Assembly (NCBI GenBank): GCA_040879765.1
Contig: JBBDJQ010000001.1
Coordinates: 348,023-412,022 of the forward strand
DNA from: Candidatus Pacearchaeota archaeon
Lineage (GTDB): Archaea > Nanobdellota > Nanobdellia > Pacearchaeales > GW2011-AR1
Length of the DNA stretch: 64,000 nt
Direction of reading: 5' to 3'
This document shows, piece by piece, positions 26,406 through 39,239 of the stretch. The notes beneath the pieces were generated by a model, which saw only the letters and a list, made by a program, of their open reading frames with translations, did not search any database and had not been told where the DNA came from. The position numbers and the translations under genes were made by a program. Numbering within the stretch: the stretch's first letter is position 1; every line of letters starts with the position of its first letter.

Positions 26406-26452
26406 TTCACACCTCCTTTTCAATACCAGTGTTTTTGCATTTAAAAATTTAT

Positions 26453-28141
26453 TTACATTTCTTCAATTGTTTCTATTCCTAAAAGTTTCAAAGAATTTCT
26501 TGTAACTGTTCTAAATGCTTCAACTAATGCCATTCTAAAGGATTCCTCTTTGGAACCAACAACTTGGCAACTATGATAGAAATCATTAAAGATTTGTGAA
26601 AGTTGATAGACATAATTTGCAATTAAAGAGGGATTTAGATTATTGTAGGAATTTAAAACTATTTTTGGAAATTCTAAAAGTTTTTTTATGAGTTTAACTT
26701 CTTTGTCGTGGAGTTCTTTTATTTCAAACTTTGCATTAGTTTTTGTTTTTTTCATAATGCTTGAAGCTCTTGCATAGGAATAAAGGATGTAGGGCCCAGT
26801 GTCTCCATCAAAAGAAATGAATCTATTTAAATCGAAAACTATGTTGCTAGATTTATTGTTTTTTAAATCTCCGTAGATTATTGCAGCAATGGCAATTTTC
26901 AAAGCCCTTTGTTCTAGCTTCTTTTCAGAGAGTTTTTTATCTCTTTTTCTTATTTCTTTTTTTGCAAGCGAAACTGTTTTATCTAAAACTTCTTGGAATA
27001 AAACTGTTTTTCCTTTTCTTGTTGCGAATTTCTTTTTATGTTTGTCTAAATAAAATCCATGGTCCGAATGTATACAATCCTTTGCCCAGGAATATTCCAT
27101 TAATTCTAAAATTCTAAACACTTGTTTGAAATATAATCTTTGTTCTTGACCAACTTGATAAATTGATCTAAAAAAATCATATTTTTTCTTCCTATCTATG
27201 GCTTCAGCAATATCTCTCAAAGCATAGGTTGTTCCTTCGTTACTTTTTTTGATTATGCAAACTCCTAATCCTTCTGATTTTAAATCCACAATTAAAGCAT
27301 TTTGACTTTTCCTCACAAGTTTTTTTTCTTCAAGCTCTTTCAATGCTTTGTCTGCTTTTTTTACAGAAAAACTTTCTCCAGAATAAACATCAAATTTTAT
27401 TCCAAGAGTCTTGTAAACTTGTTTGAAATGTTCTAAACTTAATTCTCTAAAAACTCTCCAAAGCATTTGGGCTTTTTTATCTCCGTCTTCAAGTTTTTTG
27501 AACCATTCACGAGCTTTTTCATCATATTGTTTTTTATTTGCTTTAACATAAATTTCTAGAAGATGTTTCATGGGATTTTTCTTCAATTTTTCTTCATTTC
27601 CAAATTTTTCATAACCTAAAAGCAGTTTTCCAAACTGGGTGCCCCAATCTCCTAGATAATTTATTCTTTTTACATTAAAACCAAAGAAATCGCAGATGTT
27701 TGCTAGAGAGTTTCCCACTATTGTTGATCTTAGATGGCTTATTCCAAAAGGTTTTGCAATGTTTGGGGCAGAAAAATCTATTATTACTTTTTTGTTTTTT
27801 CCTAAATTAGTTTTTCCGTAATCATCTTTTTTTGTTAGTATATCCCAGACCGCTTTTCTTGCAAGCTCTTTTCTATCTATGAAGAAATTAATGTAAGGGC
27901 CCTGAACTTGTATGTCTTCAAAAATTGTTTGCGGATAATTTCCAATTTTCTCTCTTAATTGTAAGGCGATTTGATGTGGTTCGTCTTTTAATTGTTTTGA
28001 AAGAAAAAAGCAAGGGAATGCATAATCTCCCATATCATGGTTTGGCGGAATTTCCATAATTCTCTCAATCTCATCTCCTTTCAAGTCAATATCAAATTCT
28101 TTCAGGGCTCTTTTTATAATTTTAATAATCTCTTCTTCCAT
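26453..28141 (-). CDS. argS: Arginyl-tRNA synthetase
   Basis: ArgRS N-terminal add-1 domain, ISHLRSTIVGNSL region, and C-terminal anticodon-binding domain ending ...LLGIETIEEM. Confidence 0.9.
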   Translation of the reverse strand: MEEEIIKIIKRALKEFDIDLKGDEIERIMEIPPNHDMGDYAFPCFFLSKQLKDEPHQIALQLREKIGNYPQTIFEDIQVQGPYINFFIDRKELARKAVWDILTKKDDYGKTNLGKNKKVIIDFSAPNIAKPFGISHLRSTIVGNSLANICDFFGFNVKRINYLGDWGTQFGKLLLGYEKFGNEEKLKKNPMKHLLEIYVKANKKQYDEKAREWFKKLEDGDKKAQMLWRVFRELSLEHFKQVYKTLGIKFDVYSGESFSVKKADKALKELEEKKLVRKSQNALIVDLKSEGLGVCIIKKSNEGTTYALRDIAEAIDRKKKYDFFRSIYQVGQEQRLYFKQVFRILELMEYSWAKDCIHSDHGFYLDKHKKKFATRKGKTVLFQEVLDKTVSLAKKEIRKRDKKLSEKKLEQRALKIAIAAIIYGDLKNNKSSNIVFDLNRFISFDGDTGPYILYSYARASSIMKKTKTNAKFEIKELHDKEVKLIKKLLEFPKIVLNSYNNLNPSLIANYVYQLSQIFNDFYHSCQVVGSKEESFRMALVEAFRTVTRNSLKLLGIETIEEM

Positions 28142-28181
28142 TAATTCTTAAACTTTAGGAAGGTTATAAAGTTTTTTAGAA

Positions 28182-28829
28182 CTATCGAGCAGAATCTGCT
28201 TGCTTTTCGGCTTCGTTTTTTTTTCTAACTGCGAAAGCATCGCCGTTGTTTTCAAATGTTTGAACTATTTCTTCTGCCAATGCCTGAGTTATGTTTTTCT
28301 TTTTATTGAACGCCTTGTCTGAAGCTCCATGAATGATGTGTTTCAAAGCAAGATTAACTCTTCTTAATGGGGATACATCAACTGCCTGAGGATATCTTGC
28401 TCCCCCATATTCTATAACTGTTGTTTCGTCTCTTGGAGCGGCGTTTTCAACAGCAGTTACAAGCACTTGGACAGGATTTTGTTTTAGTTTAATTTCAACC
28501 ATCTTCAAAGCTTCTAAAATAATTTTCATGTTTTTTGAATACTTCCCAGTTGCATGCCCAAAAGTTATTCTGTGTTTCTTTCCTCTGTGTCCAGCAACTG
28601 CGAGCTTGTTCATTAATCTTTCAACAATGTTCACCTTTGCTTGTCCAAGTTTTTGGACATTTGTTCCTTGAGATTTTAGAATCAATTTTGGCTCAATATT
28701 AATAACAGATTTCAATCCAGGATCTGCAATTTTAACATCAGATAAATCATATAAATCAAATATTTTGAATTTGGGCATTTCAGATTGAGTTATTTCCTTG
28801 TCCATCATTTTTTTAATACTTACAGCCAT
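28182..28829 (-). CDS. rps7: Ribosomal protein uS7 (S5e/S7)
   Basis: The ATG at 28829 lies 1 nt after the rps12 stop. The C-terminal half is conserved. Confidence 0.9.
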   Translation of the reverse strand: MAVSIKKMMDKEITQSEMPKFKIFDLYDLSDVKIADPGLKSVINIEPKLILKSQGTNVQKLGQAKVNIVERLMNKLAVAGHRGKKHRITFGHATGKYSKNMKIILEALKMVEIKLKQNPVQVLVTAVENAAPRDETTVIEYGGARYPQAVDVSPLRRVNLALKHIIHGASDKAFNKKKNITQALAEEIVQTFENNGDAFAVRKKNEAEKQADSAR

Positions 28830-28830
28830 T

Positions 28831-29268
28831 TTATCTCCTACCTTTCTCAATCTTTCCAGAAACTAATCTTGGCAAAGGTTGGTCATTTACTTTTGTTACT
28901 TTGAATCTTATCCCTGGAATATCTCCCTTACTTCTTCCTTGTTTTCCACCAATTCTTTCAATCATAACTTCATCGTGTTCGTCTATGAATTTTTGTCCAA
29001 GGTTTCCTGGTATGAATGCAGTTACCTGCTTTCCGTTCTTTGTTAGCTGAACCTTGCAACATTTTCTTTTAGCAGAGTTTGGCTGTTTTGCTTCTCTTTC
29101 TTCTTTCTTAAGAACTATCCCTTTTGCCTGGTTTGCTCCTCCTAGTGGATCTGACTTCTTGTAAAGGTTTAGAGTTCTAACTTTGAAAGCTCGGTCCTTC
29201 CATCTAAATTTTCTTCTTGTTTGCTTGTTTTTTAAAGCGCTATTTAAACCCATTATATATTTACTCAA
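28831..29268 (-). CDS. rps12: Ribosomal protein uS12 (S23e/S12)
   Basis: [37 protein letters not shown]. Confidence 0.9.
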   Translation of the reverse strand: MSKYIMGLNSALKNKQTRRKFRWKDRAFKVRTLNLYKKSDPLGGANQAKGIVLKKEEREAKQPNSAKRKCCKVQLTKNGKQVTAFIPGNLGQKFIDEHDEVMIERIGGKQGRSKGDIPGIRFKVTKVNDQPLPRLVSGKIEKGRR

Positions 29269-29328
29269 TAATTAATTTATAAAACTTACTAAAGAAAGAT
29301 TTAAAGATGTCTGAGAGATTGTATTGAA

Positions 29329-30366
29329 ATGAGAAGAGTTTTTCTTTTTGCGAGAGTTTTTGCAGCCTTTTTACTGCTAATTTCTCCTGCTTTTACTATC
29401 TCTGCAGATGTTATTTCGCTAAATGCCGGGGGTGATGAGAATCTTGCGATTACCCCAGATGCTTATTTAGAAGGGTTTTTCTTTTCTGAACAGCCTTCTG
29501 TTCCAGATGATGGTGATGATGCTGGAAGCGGAGGCGGTGGAGGTGCCGAAGGAGGCGGTGGAGTTTCTACGATTCTATTAGATCCTAGTGAGTTAAATAT
29601 AAATTTAGCTGTAAATACAAATATAGAAAGAGAAATTTTAGTTATGAATAGTGGAAATAATTCAGTGAATCTTAGTATCTCTCAGGAAAATTTAGATGGG
29701 CTGGTTTTATTTGAAGATGATTATATTGTTGTAGAGGCTGGACAATCTGTTTCTGTGAGCGTAGTCTTTATTGCTTTAGATGAAACAGGGATATTTACTG
29801 GAAAGATAAAGATTGGAGGTCAGGAGGTTTTAGTTACAATTAATATAAGCACGATTTTACTTTTGTTTGATTCCAACATTGTAGTTTTGAATAGAGATTA
29901 CATTGTTGAACAAGGGGAAGATTTGAGAACTCAAGTTACATTGGTTCCTTTGGGAGAAGACTCAAGACTTGATGTGACTTTGAATTATGAGATAAAAGAT
30001 TTCAATGGAAAGGTATACTTAACGAGGAGCGAAACGGTTTTGATTGAAAATGAGCTCAACTTTAGAAGAAATTTCGACACAGGTAACCTCCCTGTTGGAA
30101 ATTATATAATCGGTTTGGAACTTATCTATCCTAATGGAGTCGCCCCTTCATCTGCAAGTTTCTTAGTTGTTGAAAAAGAACCTATTTCAGTAGGAGATTT
30201 GATATTCTATTTAATCGTCTCTATCTTAATTGTGGGAATATTTATACTTATAATACTGATAATTAGGAGAAGAAGGAAAAGAAAACAACAAGGCTCTGCA
30301 AATCCAACCAATACCTCCAACACAAGCACGGGAGGATTTTCAAGCGTAGTTGGACAACCTTTATAA
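29329..30366 (+). CDS. Secreted surface protein with Gly-rich linker and C-terminal TM anchor plus basic tail
   Basis: Signal peptide, a GGGGGAEGGGG run, a C-terminal hydrophobic helix followed by RRRRKRK, and many N-x-S/T sequons. Confidence 0.55.
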   Translation: MRRVFLFARVFAAFLLLISPAFTISADVISLNAGGDENLAITPDAYLEGFFFSEQPSVPDDGDDAGSGGGGGAEGGGGVSTILLDPSELNINLAVNTNIEREILVMNSGNNSVNLSISQENLDGLVLFEDDYIVVEAGQSVSVSVVFIALDETGIFTGKIKIGGQEVLVTINISTILLLFDSNIVVLNRDYIVEQGEDLRTQVTLVPLGEDSRLDVTLNYEIKDFNGKVYLTRSETVLIENELNFRRNFDTGNLPVGNYIIGLELIYPNGVAPSSASFLVVEKEPISVGDLIFYLIVSILIVGIFILIILIIRRRRKRKQQGSANPTNTSNTSTGGFSSVVGQPL

Positions 30367-30388
30367 AAAAGAAATTTTCTATAGCAAT

Positions 30389-30679
30389 ATGGAAGGAAAA
30401 ATCGAAATCTTTTTTTTGGCTTTCTTGGCTTTTGTTTTTCTGTTTGGAAATATGGTTTTTATTTCTTCAATCCCTGGAGGAATTAGTATAACAGGAAATG
30501 CTGTAAATTATAATACATACACAAAAGCCATATGTGATTCTAAAAATTATTGTGAGGATTTTATAATTTTGTGTAAAGATGGAAAAATTGATCGGGTTTT
30601 ATCTACAGGAAGTTCAATTCAAAACTCGCTTGAATGGGAGGATTCAAGAAGTCAGGAGAGGATAAATAAAATTTGTTAA
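30389..30679 (+). CDS. Small secreted cysteine-containing protein
   Basis: Start at MEGKIEIFF. Signal peptide. Four Cys. Confidence 0.35.
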   Translation: MEGKIEIFFLAFLAFVFLFGNMVFISSIPGGISITGNAVNYNTYTKAICDSKNYCEDFIILCKDGKIDRVLSTGSSIQNSLEWEDSRSQERINKIC

Positions 30680-31861
30680 ATGTTAATAGGATTGGTCGGA
30701 AAACCTTCTGTTGGAAAAAGCACCTTTTTCAAAGCTGCAACCTTATCAGAGGTTGAAATTGCATCTTATCCTTTTACAACTATAAAAGCTAATCATGGTA
30801 TTGGGTATGTTAAGTTAGATTGTATTGATAAGGAATTAAATACTCAATGCACCCCTGCTAAGGGTTTTTGTATAGAACATAATCGCTTTGTTCCTATTGA
30901 AATAATGGATGTTGCTGGATTGGTTCCCGGCTCAAGTCAAGGAAAAGGTTTGGGCAATAAATTCTTGGATGATTTAAGACAAGCCGATGTTTTCATTCAC
31001 ATAATAGATATTTCTGGAGAAACAGATATGGAAGGAAAACCAACAGAAGGTCATAATCCTTTAGAAGATATAAAATTTCTTGAGAAAGAATTGGATTTAT
31101 GGTATCTTGGAATTTTGATGAGGGTTTGGAAGAGTTTTTCTAAAAAAGCTGAAATAGAGGATACGAACTTTGCAGCAGCAGTAACCAAACAATTTTCTGG
31201 TTTGAAAATAAAAGAAGAACAAGTTAAGGAAGTTTTGTCCAAGATGGAAAGTTCTGAAAGGCCAAGTAGATGGGGCGAAGATATCTTGATGGATTTTGCA
31301 TCTGCTTTAAGAAAAAAATCTAAACCAATGATTATTGCTGCGAATAAAATAGATAAGAAAAACTCTGAATCTAATCTTAAAAAAATTAAAGAAGCAATGC
31401 AAGATTTGGAAGTCATTCCCTGCTCTGCAGACTCTGAATTAGCTCTAAGGGAGGCTTCTAAACTTGGATTGATAGATTATCTTCCTGGCTCAGAAAATTT
31501 TGAAATCAAAGCAGAACTTTCTAAAGGGCAAAAAGAAGCCTTGGATAAAATAAAAGCAAATGTTTTGGAAATTTATGGAAATACTGGAATGCAAGAAATT
31601 TTAAATAAGGCGATTTTTGATTTGCTTAGATATATTGCAATTTTTCCAGCAAGTGCAAATCGACTTAAAGATAGTAAGGGCAGAACTTTGCCTGATTGTT
31701 TTCTTTTGCCTAAGGGTTCAACAGCTTTGGATTTTGCCTATTTTTTGCATACTGATTTTGGAAAGAATTTTATAAAAGCAATAGATGCCAAAACGAAGAA
31801 GGCAATTGGCAAGGAACACGAATTGAAACATAGAGATGCTTTGGAGATTGTTTCAAGATAA
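30680..31861 (+). CDS. Obg-family GTPase (YchF/Ygr210-like) with C-terminal TGS domain
   Basis: GLVGKPSVGKST P-loop, DVAGLV G3 motif, C-terminal TGS-like region. Confidence 0.8.
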   Translation: MLIGLVGKPSVGKSTFFKAATLSEVEIASYPFTTIKANHGIGYVKLDCIDKELNTQCTPAKGFCIEHNRFVPIEIMDVAGLVPGSSQGKGLGNKFLDDLRQADVFIHIIDISGETDMEGKPTEGHNPLEDIKFLEKELDLWYLGILMRVWKSFSKKAEIEDTNFAAAVTKQFSGLKIKEEQVKEVLSKMESSERPSRWGEDILMDFASALRKKSKPMIIAANKIDKKNSESNLKKIKEAMQDLEVIPCSADSELALREASKLGLIDYLPGSENFEIKAELSKGQKEALDKIKANVLEIYGNTGMQEILNKAIFDLLRYIAIFPASANRLKDSKGRTLPDCFLLPKGSTALDFAYFLHTDFGKNFIKAIDAKTKKAIGKEHELKHRDALEIVSR

Positions 31862-31892
31862 TATATATAAAGTTTGATTTTTTTATTTTTTT

Positions 31893-32207
31893 ATGAAATC
31901 TTTATCTTTGAAATACCCTTTCGCAGAATTAATTTCTAGTGGGGAAAAAAATATACCTGATTTGGAAAACATTAATAAATTTGGTTTAAAAAATTTAGAA
32001 AATAGATTTATTCTAGGAAAGGCAAGATTAGTTGCAGATAAAAATTATGAAAATGAAGAAGATTTTTTACAGGATAAAAATTTGCAACTGGCTTCTCCTA
32101 AATTTAGGGGCGTTGAGTTTTTTTTTAAAAATATCGAGAGATTCAAAAAATCAATTCCTGCTAAAGAAAATTTAAATTTTTTGGAGTCTGAGAATAATTT
32201 TAAATGA
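31893..32207 (+). CDS. Hypothetical protein
   Basis: 104 aa, no motif. Its stop overlaps the start of the next ORF. Confidence 0.3.
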   Translation: MKSLSLKYPFAELISSGEKNIPDLENINKFGLKNLENRFILGKARLVADKNYENEEDFLQDKNLQLASPKFRGVEFFFKNIERFKKSIPAKENLNFLESENNFK

Positions 32208-32587
32208 AATATGAACACGCTCCAGATTTGCAGAAAGTTGCGGAAGAGATTTCTGTCCTAGTTTTTCCTCATGTAATTCTGGAAAGAGTTAAATGTTTTA
32301 GGTCATATGGCTCTTCAAGCAAATATACAATTGCTCGTTGTCATGCGCTTGGAAAGTTAATGCAAAAAGCTCTTGGAGTTAAAGCACATTATGCCATAGA
32401 ATTTATTCATGAGAATTTTGATAAGTTAGATGAAAAAGAAAAAATTAAAACAATAATTCATGAATTGATGCACATACCTAAGACGTTTGGAGGAGGATTT
32501 AAACATCATGATTTTGTTTGTGATAAAAATATAAATTTTTTCTATGAAAAAGTTCAAAATCTGAGGAAAGATGAAGGTAGATTATAA
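32204..32587 (+). CDS. Small HExxH metallohydrolase (SprT/DUF45-like mini-protein)
   Basis: IIHELMH...HHDF, reminiscent of the M48/DUF45 motif at 1983. Confidence 0.5.
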   Translation: MKYEHAPDLQKVAEEISVLVFPHVILERVKCFRSYGSSSKYTIARCHALGKLMQKALGVKAHYAIEFIHENFDKLDEKEKIKTIIHELMHIPKTFGGGFKHHDFVCDKNINFFYEKVQNLRKDEGRL

Positions 32588-32909
32588 AAATAAAAAATTG
32601 GAAATTCCAGTTCACAAAGTTTCTAGCTTGGGTGAAATTACTGGACTTATGTTTAGGACTAAAAATACAAAAAATTTGGCCTTTATGTTCGGTAAAAAGA
32701 CTAATTTGAAAATACATTCCTTCTTTGTTTTTTTTAATTTTCTGGCGGTTTGGTTAGACGAAAAAAATAAAGTTCTAGATTTTAAAATTGTCAGACCATT
32801 CACCTTCGCTGTTAAATCCAAAAATCCTTTCCAAAAATTGATTGAAATTCCTATGAGTGAGAAAAATTCTAAAATTGTTGATTTCTTCGTCGGAAGAGGA
32901 AAAGTTTAA
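32571..32909 (+). CDS. DUF192-like protein
   Basis: GLMFR...MFG...DF motifs resembling COG1430/DUF192. Confidence 0.5.
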   Translation: MKVDYKNKKLEIPVHKVSSLGEITGLMFRTKNTKNLAFMFGKKTNLKIHSFFVFFNFLAVWLDEKNKVLDFKIVRPFTFAVKSKNPFQKLIEIPMSEKNSKIVDFFVGRGKV

Positions 32910-32961
32910 ATACGGAAAGTGATTGAATAGAAAATAAAAATAATAAAAAGGAGGTTAAAAA

Positions 32962-33162
32962 ATGGGGAGAATCGTTGTTAAGAATGTTATCACAAGAAAG
33001 CCAGGACATCTATACTATGTTGATGGACAAGGTAATGTTTGTGAAGCTGTAATGGCAAGAGGCGGTAAGAGAAAGAAAGTAGCAACAAAGAAGAAGCCAG
33101 TTGCTAAAAAGAAACCCGCTGCTAAGAAGAAGCCAGCTAAGAAAACTACAAAGAAGAAGTGA
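32962..33162 (+). CDS. Small basic protein with lysine-rich (KKKPAAKKK) tail; putative nucleic-acid binding
   Basis: 66 aa. N-terminal beta-rich segment followed by histone-H1-like repeats. Confidence 0.5.
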   Translation: MGRIVVKNVITRKPGHLYYVDGQGNVCEAVMARGGKRKKVATKKKPVAKKKPAAKKKPAKKTTKKK

Positions 33163-33238
33163 TAGTTCACTTCTTTAGTTTTTTAAATTTTTATTATTTT
33201 TAATTAATTTTATATACTAATTCTAGTTTTTGTTTTTC

Positions 33239-34228
<990 letters not shown>

Positions 34229-34445
34229 AGTTTCCGTGTTCCCAGCGTAGATAAATTGACCAAATTTAAAATTTCATTTTTTTGCCCAACTGAGTTTTTC
34301 ATTTAATTTTTTGGGGTTCTTAGTCCTTCGGACAATTTTCTAAAAATTTCAGTTTTAAAATTATATAATAAATTTTTAACCCCCTCAGAAATTTAATCTT
34401 CTTTTTCTAAAAAGAAACAAAAAAGGCAGGCTTTTCTCTCTAATT

Positions 34446-34555
34446 TTTTGGTCGTCGGAATAACCATCTCCCTCCCCTCTGAAATGAAATTTTAAACTCA
34501 CGAGGTCACTTCGTTCAGCTCAAGCTTCCTGAGATGTTCAAGCCTGATTTATCCT
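34446..34555 (+). repeat. Degenerate solo member of the hairpin family (A7)
   Basis: GGAATAACCATCTC pairs with GAGATGTTCAAG. Contains GTCGTCGG and CACTTCGTT modules shared with A5 and A6. Confidence 0.35.
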
Positions 34556-35120
34556 AAAAGAGCCAATTAATTCCATAAATTGAAACTAAGGCTAAAAGTA
34601 ATGTTGCAGTAATGTTTCCAAGCCATAATGGAAGGATTATTTTTTTGTAAGGATATCCTGAATACCCTAATGGAATTGTTAAAAGATCATTAGGCAAAGG
34701 GGTAAAACCAGTAAAAAAATAGACTCCTAAAGGAACTACTCCCTTTGGACTTCTGTTAATCCAATTTACAAATTTTTCTGTCTTATTATAAAACTCTGTG
34801 GAGGAAATACTCCTTCCTTTTTTTCCTAAATAAAAAAATAAACTATCTCCAATGGTTATTCCAGTTCCTCCAATGAATGCTAGAATTAAGGGATCTAATC
34901 CTCCAGCTACTAAAATGGGAATTGCTACATAGTATGATGATGCTGTGAAAGACGAAACTCCTCCAATAGATGCAATTAGGAATAAAATAATATATATGTT
35001 GTTTACTCCCATCCTTGAAATTATTTCTGTGGGGGTAAATAATCTAAGAATAAAAATCCAAAGTGCTACAAAAAATAAAACACCTAGAAAAGCCAGCCAT
35101 TTCTTTGATTTAGCATTCAT
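34554..35120 (-). CDS. DedA/VTT-like membrane protein (tentative)
   Basis: 188 aa. Polytopic. Gly-rich re-entrant-like segments. Confidence 0.45.
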   Translation of the reverse strand: MNAKSKKWLAFLGVLFFVALWIFILRLFTPTEIISRMGVNNIYIILFLIASIGGVSSFTASSYYVAIPILVAGGLDPLILAFIGGTGITIGDSLFFYLGKKGRSISSTEFYNKTEKFVNWINRSPKGVVPLGVYFFTGFTPLPNDLLTIPLGYSGYPYKKIILPLWLGNITATLLLALVSIYGINWLF

Positions 35121-35214
35121 TTAAATTTATTGGATTTTAACTATAAAAGTTTTAAGTTTAAACAAAAAGCTTTATAAATTAATCTTATCATGATAACTTA
35201 TCTTATAGAATAAA

Positions 35215-35520
35215 ATGACAGACGCATACTCGATTATAGAAAAAGCACGAAGAACAGGAAAGATAGAGAAGGGAACAAATGAAGTTACTAAATCTATAGA
35301 AAGAGGCACTGCTAAGTTTGTTGCTTTTGCTTCCGATGTAGAACCTAAAGAAATAGTTCAGCATCTTTCGGTTCTTTGTAAGGAAAAAAATATTCCCTGT
35401 CAAGAAGTGGATAGTAAGCAAAAATTAGGAATCGCAGTTGGAATTCCCGTTTCGGCATCAAGCGTTTCAGTTATTGAAGCAGGAGAAGCCGAATCAGAAA
35501 TTAATTCTTTAAATAAATAA
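35215..35520 (+). CDS. rpl7ae: Ribosomal protein L7Ae
   Basis: [25 protein letters not shown]...GIAVGIP, characteristic of L7Ae/L30e. Confidence 0.85.
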   Translation: MTDAYSIIEKARRTGKIEKGTNEVTKSIERGTAKFVAFASDVEPKEIVQHLSVLCKEKNIPCQEVDSKQKLGIAVGIPVSASSVSVIEAGEAESEINSLNK

Positions 35521-35521
35521 A

Positions 35522-35815
35522 ATGGCTAAGACACAGAAGAAGGATCAGAAGCAGCAACAATCATCAAAAGGCTCGGATAGAATTGCTACTGGAGAGGCTG
35601 TTCCTGCAGTTGTTGAAGAGATTATAGGGAGAACAGGATTTAGAGGAGAAATAACTCAAGTTAAGTGTGAGGTTCAAGAAGGGAGAGATCAGGGAAGAGT
35701 TATGAGAAGAAATGTTAAAGGTCCAATAAGAGTTGGAGATTTTTTAATGTTAAGAGAAACTGAAATTGAAGCTAGAAAAATTAGATCTAAAGTTACAAAA
35801 GGAGCGTATAGTTAA
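35522..35815 (+). CDS. rps28e: Ribosomal protein eS28
   Basis: [16 protein letters not shown]...[22 protein letters not shown]. Confidence 0.85.
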   Translation: MAKTQKKDQKQQQSSKGSDRIATGEAVPAVVEEIIGRTGFRGEITQVKCEVQEGRDQGRVMRRNVKGPIRVGDFLMLRETEIEARKIRSKVTKGAYS

Positions 35816-36048
35816 TGGCTGAAGAAAGTTCAGAGTTAGATTCTGGTGGACTAGATGAATTAATTAGAAAAGAGATAAACTCTTTAAAAAGAAATGATAC
35901 TTTAGAAATTTCTACATCTTCTAAAATTTTTTATAATTTTTTATTTCAAAGATATTCTGAAAAATATGAAATCAATGGTCCCGGAGAATCTCATAAAAAT
36001 GATGGGAGTATAGAATATGTGGTCCATATGAGAAGGAGGCTTGGTTAA
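35815..36048 (+). CDS. Hypothetical acidic protein
   Basis: 77 aa, tightly spaced between rps28e and rpl24e. Confidence 0.35.
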   Translation: MAEESSELDSGGLDELIRKEINSLKRNDTLEISTSSKIFYNFLFQRYSEKYEINGPGESHKNDGSIEYVVHMRRRLG

Positions 36049-36049
36049 A

Positions 36050-36220
36050 ATGCCCAAGTGTGTTTATTGTTCTAAAGATTATGAATTCCCAAAAGGATTA
36101 ACAATAGTTACAAATAAAGGAAATGCTAATCATCTTTGTTCTGCAAAGTGCCGAAAGAATATGGCAATGAAGAGAAGAAAGGTTAGGTGGATTTCTAAAG
36201 AGAAGAAAGTTAAGAAATAA
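36050..36220 (+). CDS. rpl24e: Ribosomal protein eL24
   Basis: 56-aa ORF absent from the track. MPKCVYCSKDYEFPKG...HLCSAKCRKN zinc-ribbon L24e signature. Confidence 0.8.
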   Translation: MPKCVYCSKDYEFPKGLTIVTNKGNANHLCSAKCRKNMAMKRRKVRWISKEKKVKK

Positions 36221-36354
36221 TTTTATCGATGAGATTTTTCTTTTTTATTGAATTTAGCTATTTTAAGCCTAGAAAAGGTTAAATTTGATGGGCAAGGTTT
36301 TTAAATAAAGTTTCATTTTATTAATCATAAAGGATGTTTCTCGTCGGTAATTAA

Positions 36355-38262
<1,908 letters not shown>

Positions 38263-38691
38263 ATGATTGATAAATATTTTATTATAGAAGCATTGGATAA
38301 ATATGGATATGAATTTAATGGAAATACAGAAGAAGATATTGTTCTAAGGCCTTGGGGAGGTTATGCAAACTTAAGCGACAAAAAGGATAATTCTGGAAGG
38401 ATTGTTCAATTGGAAAAACTGATAATGATATCTCCTGGAGAATCTATAAGTTTGCAACATCATAATTTTAGGGAAGAATATTGGAAGATTTTATCTGGTT
38501 CAGGAAGAGTTGAAATAGCAAATAGAACACATCTTGCACTTGTTTCAAGTCGATTTAAAATCCCGATTGGAACAATCCATAGAGCTACTGCTAGTGAAAA
38601 AGGGCTTGATTTTTATGAAGTTCAGAAAGGGGAATCATGTGGTGAAGATGACATAGTTAGACATGAAGACAATTATGGGAGAGTTGCATGA
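38263..38691 (+). CDS. Cupin-domain protein (mannose-6-phosphate isomerase type II-like cupin)
   Basis: WGGY...LQHHNFREEYWKILSGSGRVE. Confidence 0.7.
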   Translation: MIDKYFIIEALDKYGYEFNGNTEEDIVLRPWGGYANLSDKKDNSGRIVQLEKLIMISPGESISLQHHNFREEYWKILSGSGRVEIANRTHLALVSSRFKIPIGTIHRATASEKGLDFYEVQKGESCGEDDIVRHEDNYGRVA

Positions 38692-38843
38692 AAGCTAAAT
38701 TTTGCCCAAGGTGCGAGAACACAGATTTGATTATGGTGGCTGGGGCTGAAATTGGATTGCTTCAATGCAAGGTTTGTGATTTTGAATCGAGTCTTTTTCC
38801 AGAAAGAGAAATTAAATTATCAAATCATAAAAAATTAAAATGA
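38688..38843 (+). CDS. Zinc-ribbon micro-protein
   Basis: 51 aa. CPRC...CKVC. Its start overlaps the cupin stop (ATGA). Confidence 0.45.
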   Translation: MKAKFCPRCENTDLIMVAGAEIGLLQCKVCDFESSLFPEREIKLSNHKKLK

Positions 38844-39082
38844 GAAGAGCAAAAATGCCAAAAACAAAACAAGGAAAATCTAAGGAAAAAACTTTCAAAT
38901 TGAGAAGATGCCCTAAATGTGAAAGCGACGAAGTTGAAGTTGTTATTGGATTAGATAAGAAAGGGGAATGGAAGTGTAGAAAATGCGACTGGACTGGAAA
39001 GGATGTAAAAGAACAAGAATTGAGTGAAGAAGAATTTATGAAATATCTCGATGAGAAAGATGAATTAGAGGAAAAAGAATAA
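38840..39082 (+). CDS. Zinc-ribbon protein with acidic tail
   Basis: CPKC...CRKC. ATGA overlap with the previous ORF. Confidence 0.5.
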   Translation: MRRAKMPKTKQGKSKEKTFKLRRCPKCESDEVEVVIGLDKKGEWKCRKCDWTGKDVKEQELSEEEFMKYLDEKDELEEKE

Positions 39083-39202
39083 TGGAAGAAAAAGAAAATA
39101 AAGCTGAGGAAAATGTTAAAAGAAATCCTAATTGCAAATGTATAAATTGCCGATGTGGAAAGAAAATAAATAAAATAATGGATAAAAATGAAAGCGAATA
39201 AA
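39083..39202 (+). CDS. Cys-rich micro-ORF (CKCINCRC)
   Basis: 39 aa. Starts 1 nt after the previous stop. Weak call. Confidence 0.3.
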
Positions 39203-39239
39203 GAAAAAATCTTCAGACTATGCGTATGCAAAGAAGGAA

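Noticed and set aside
38812-39231. 139-aa minus-strand ORF
   Set aside because: It overlaps three coherent plus-strand zinc-ribbon ORFs. Its translation is a low-complexity Phe/Ser-rich antisense product.
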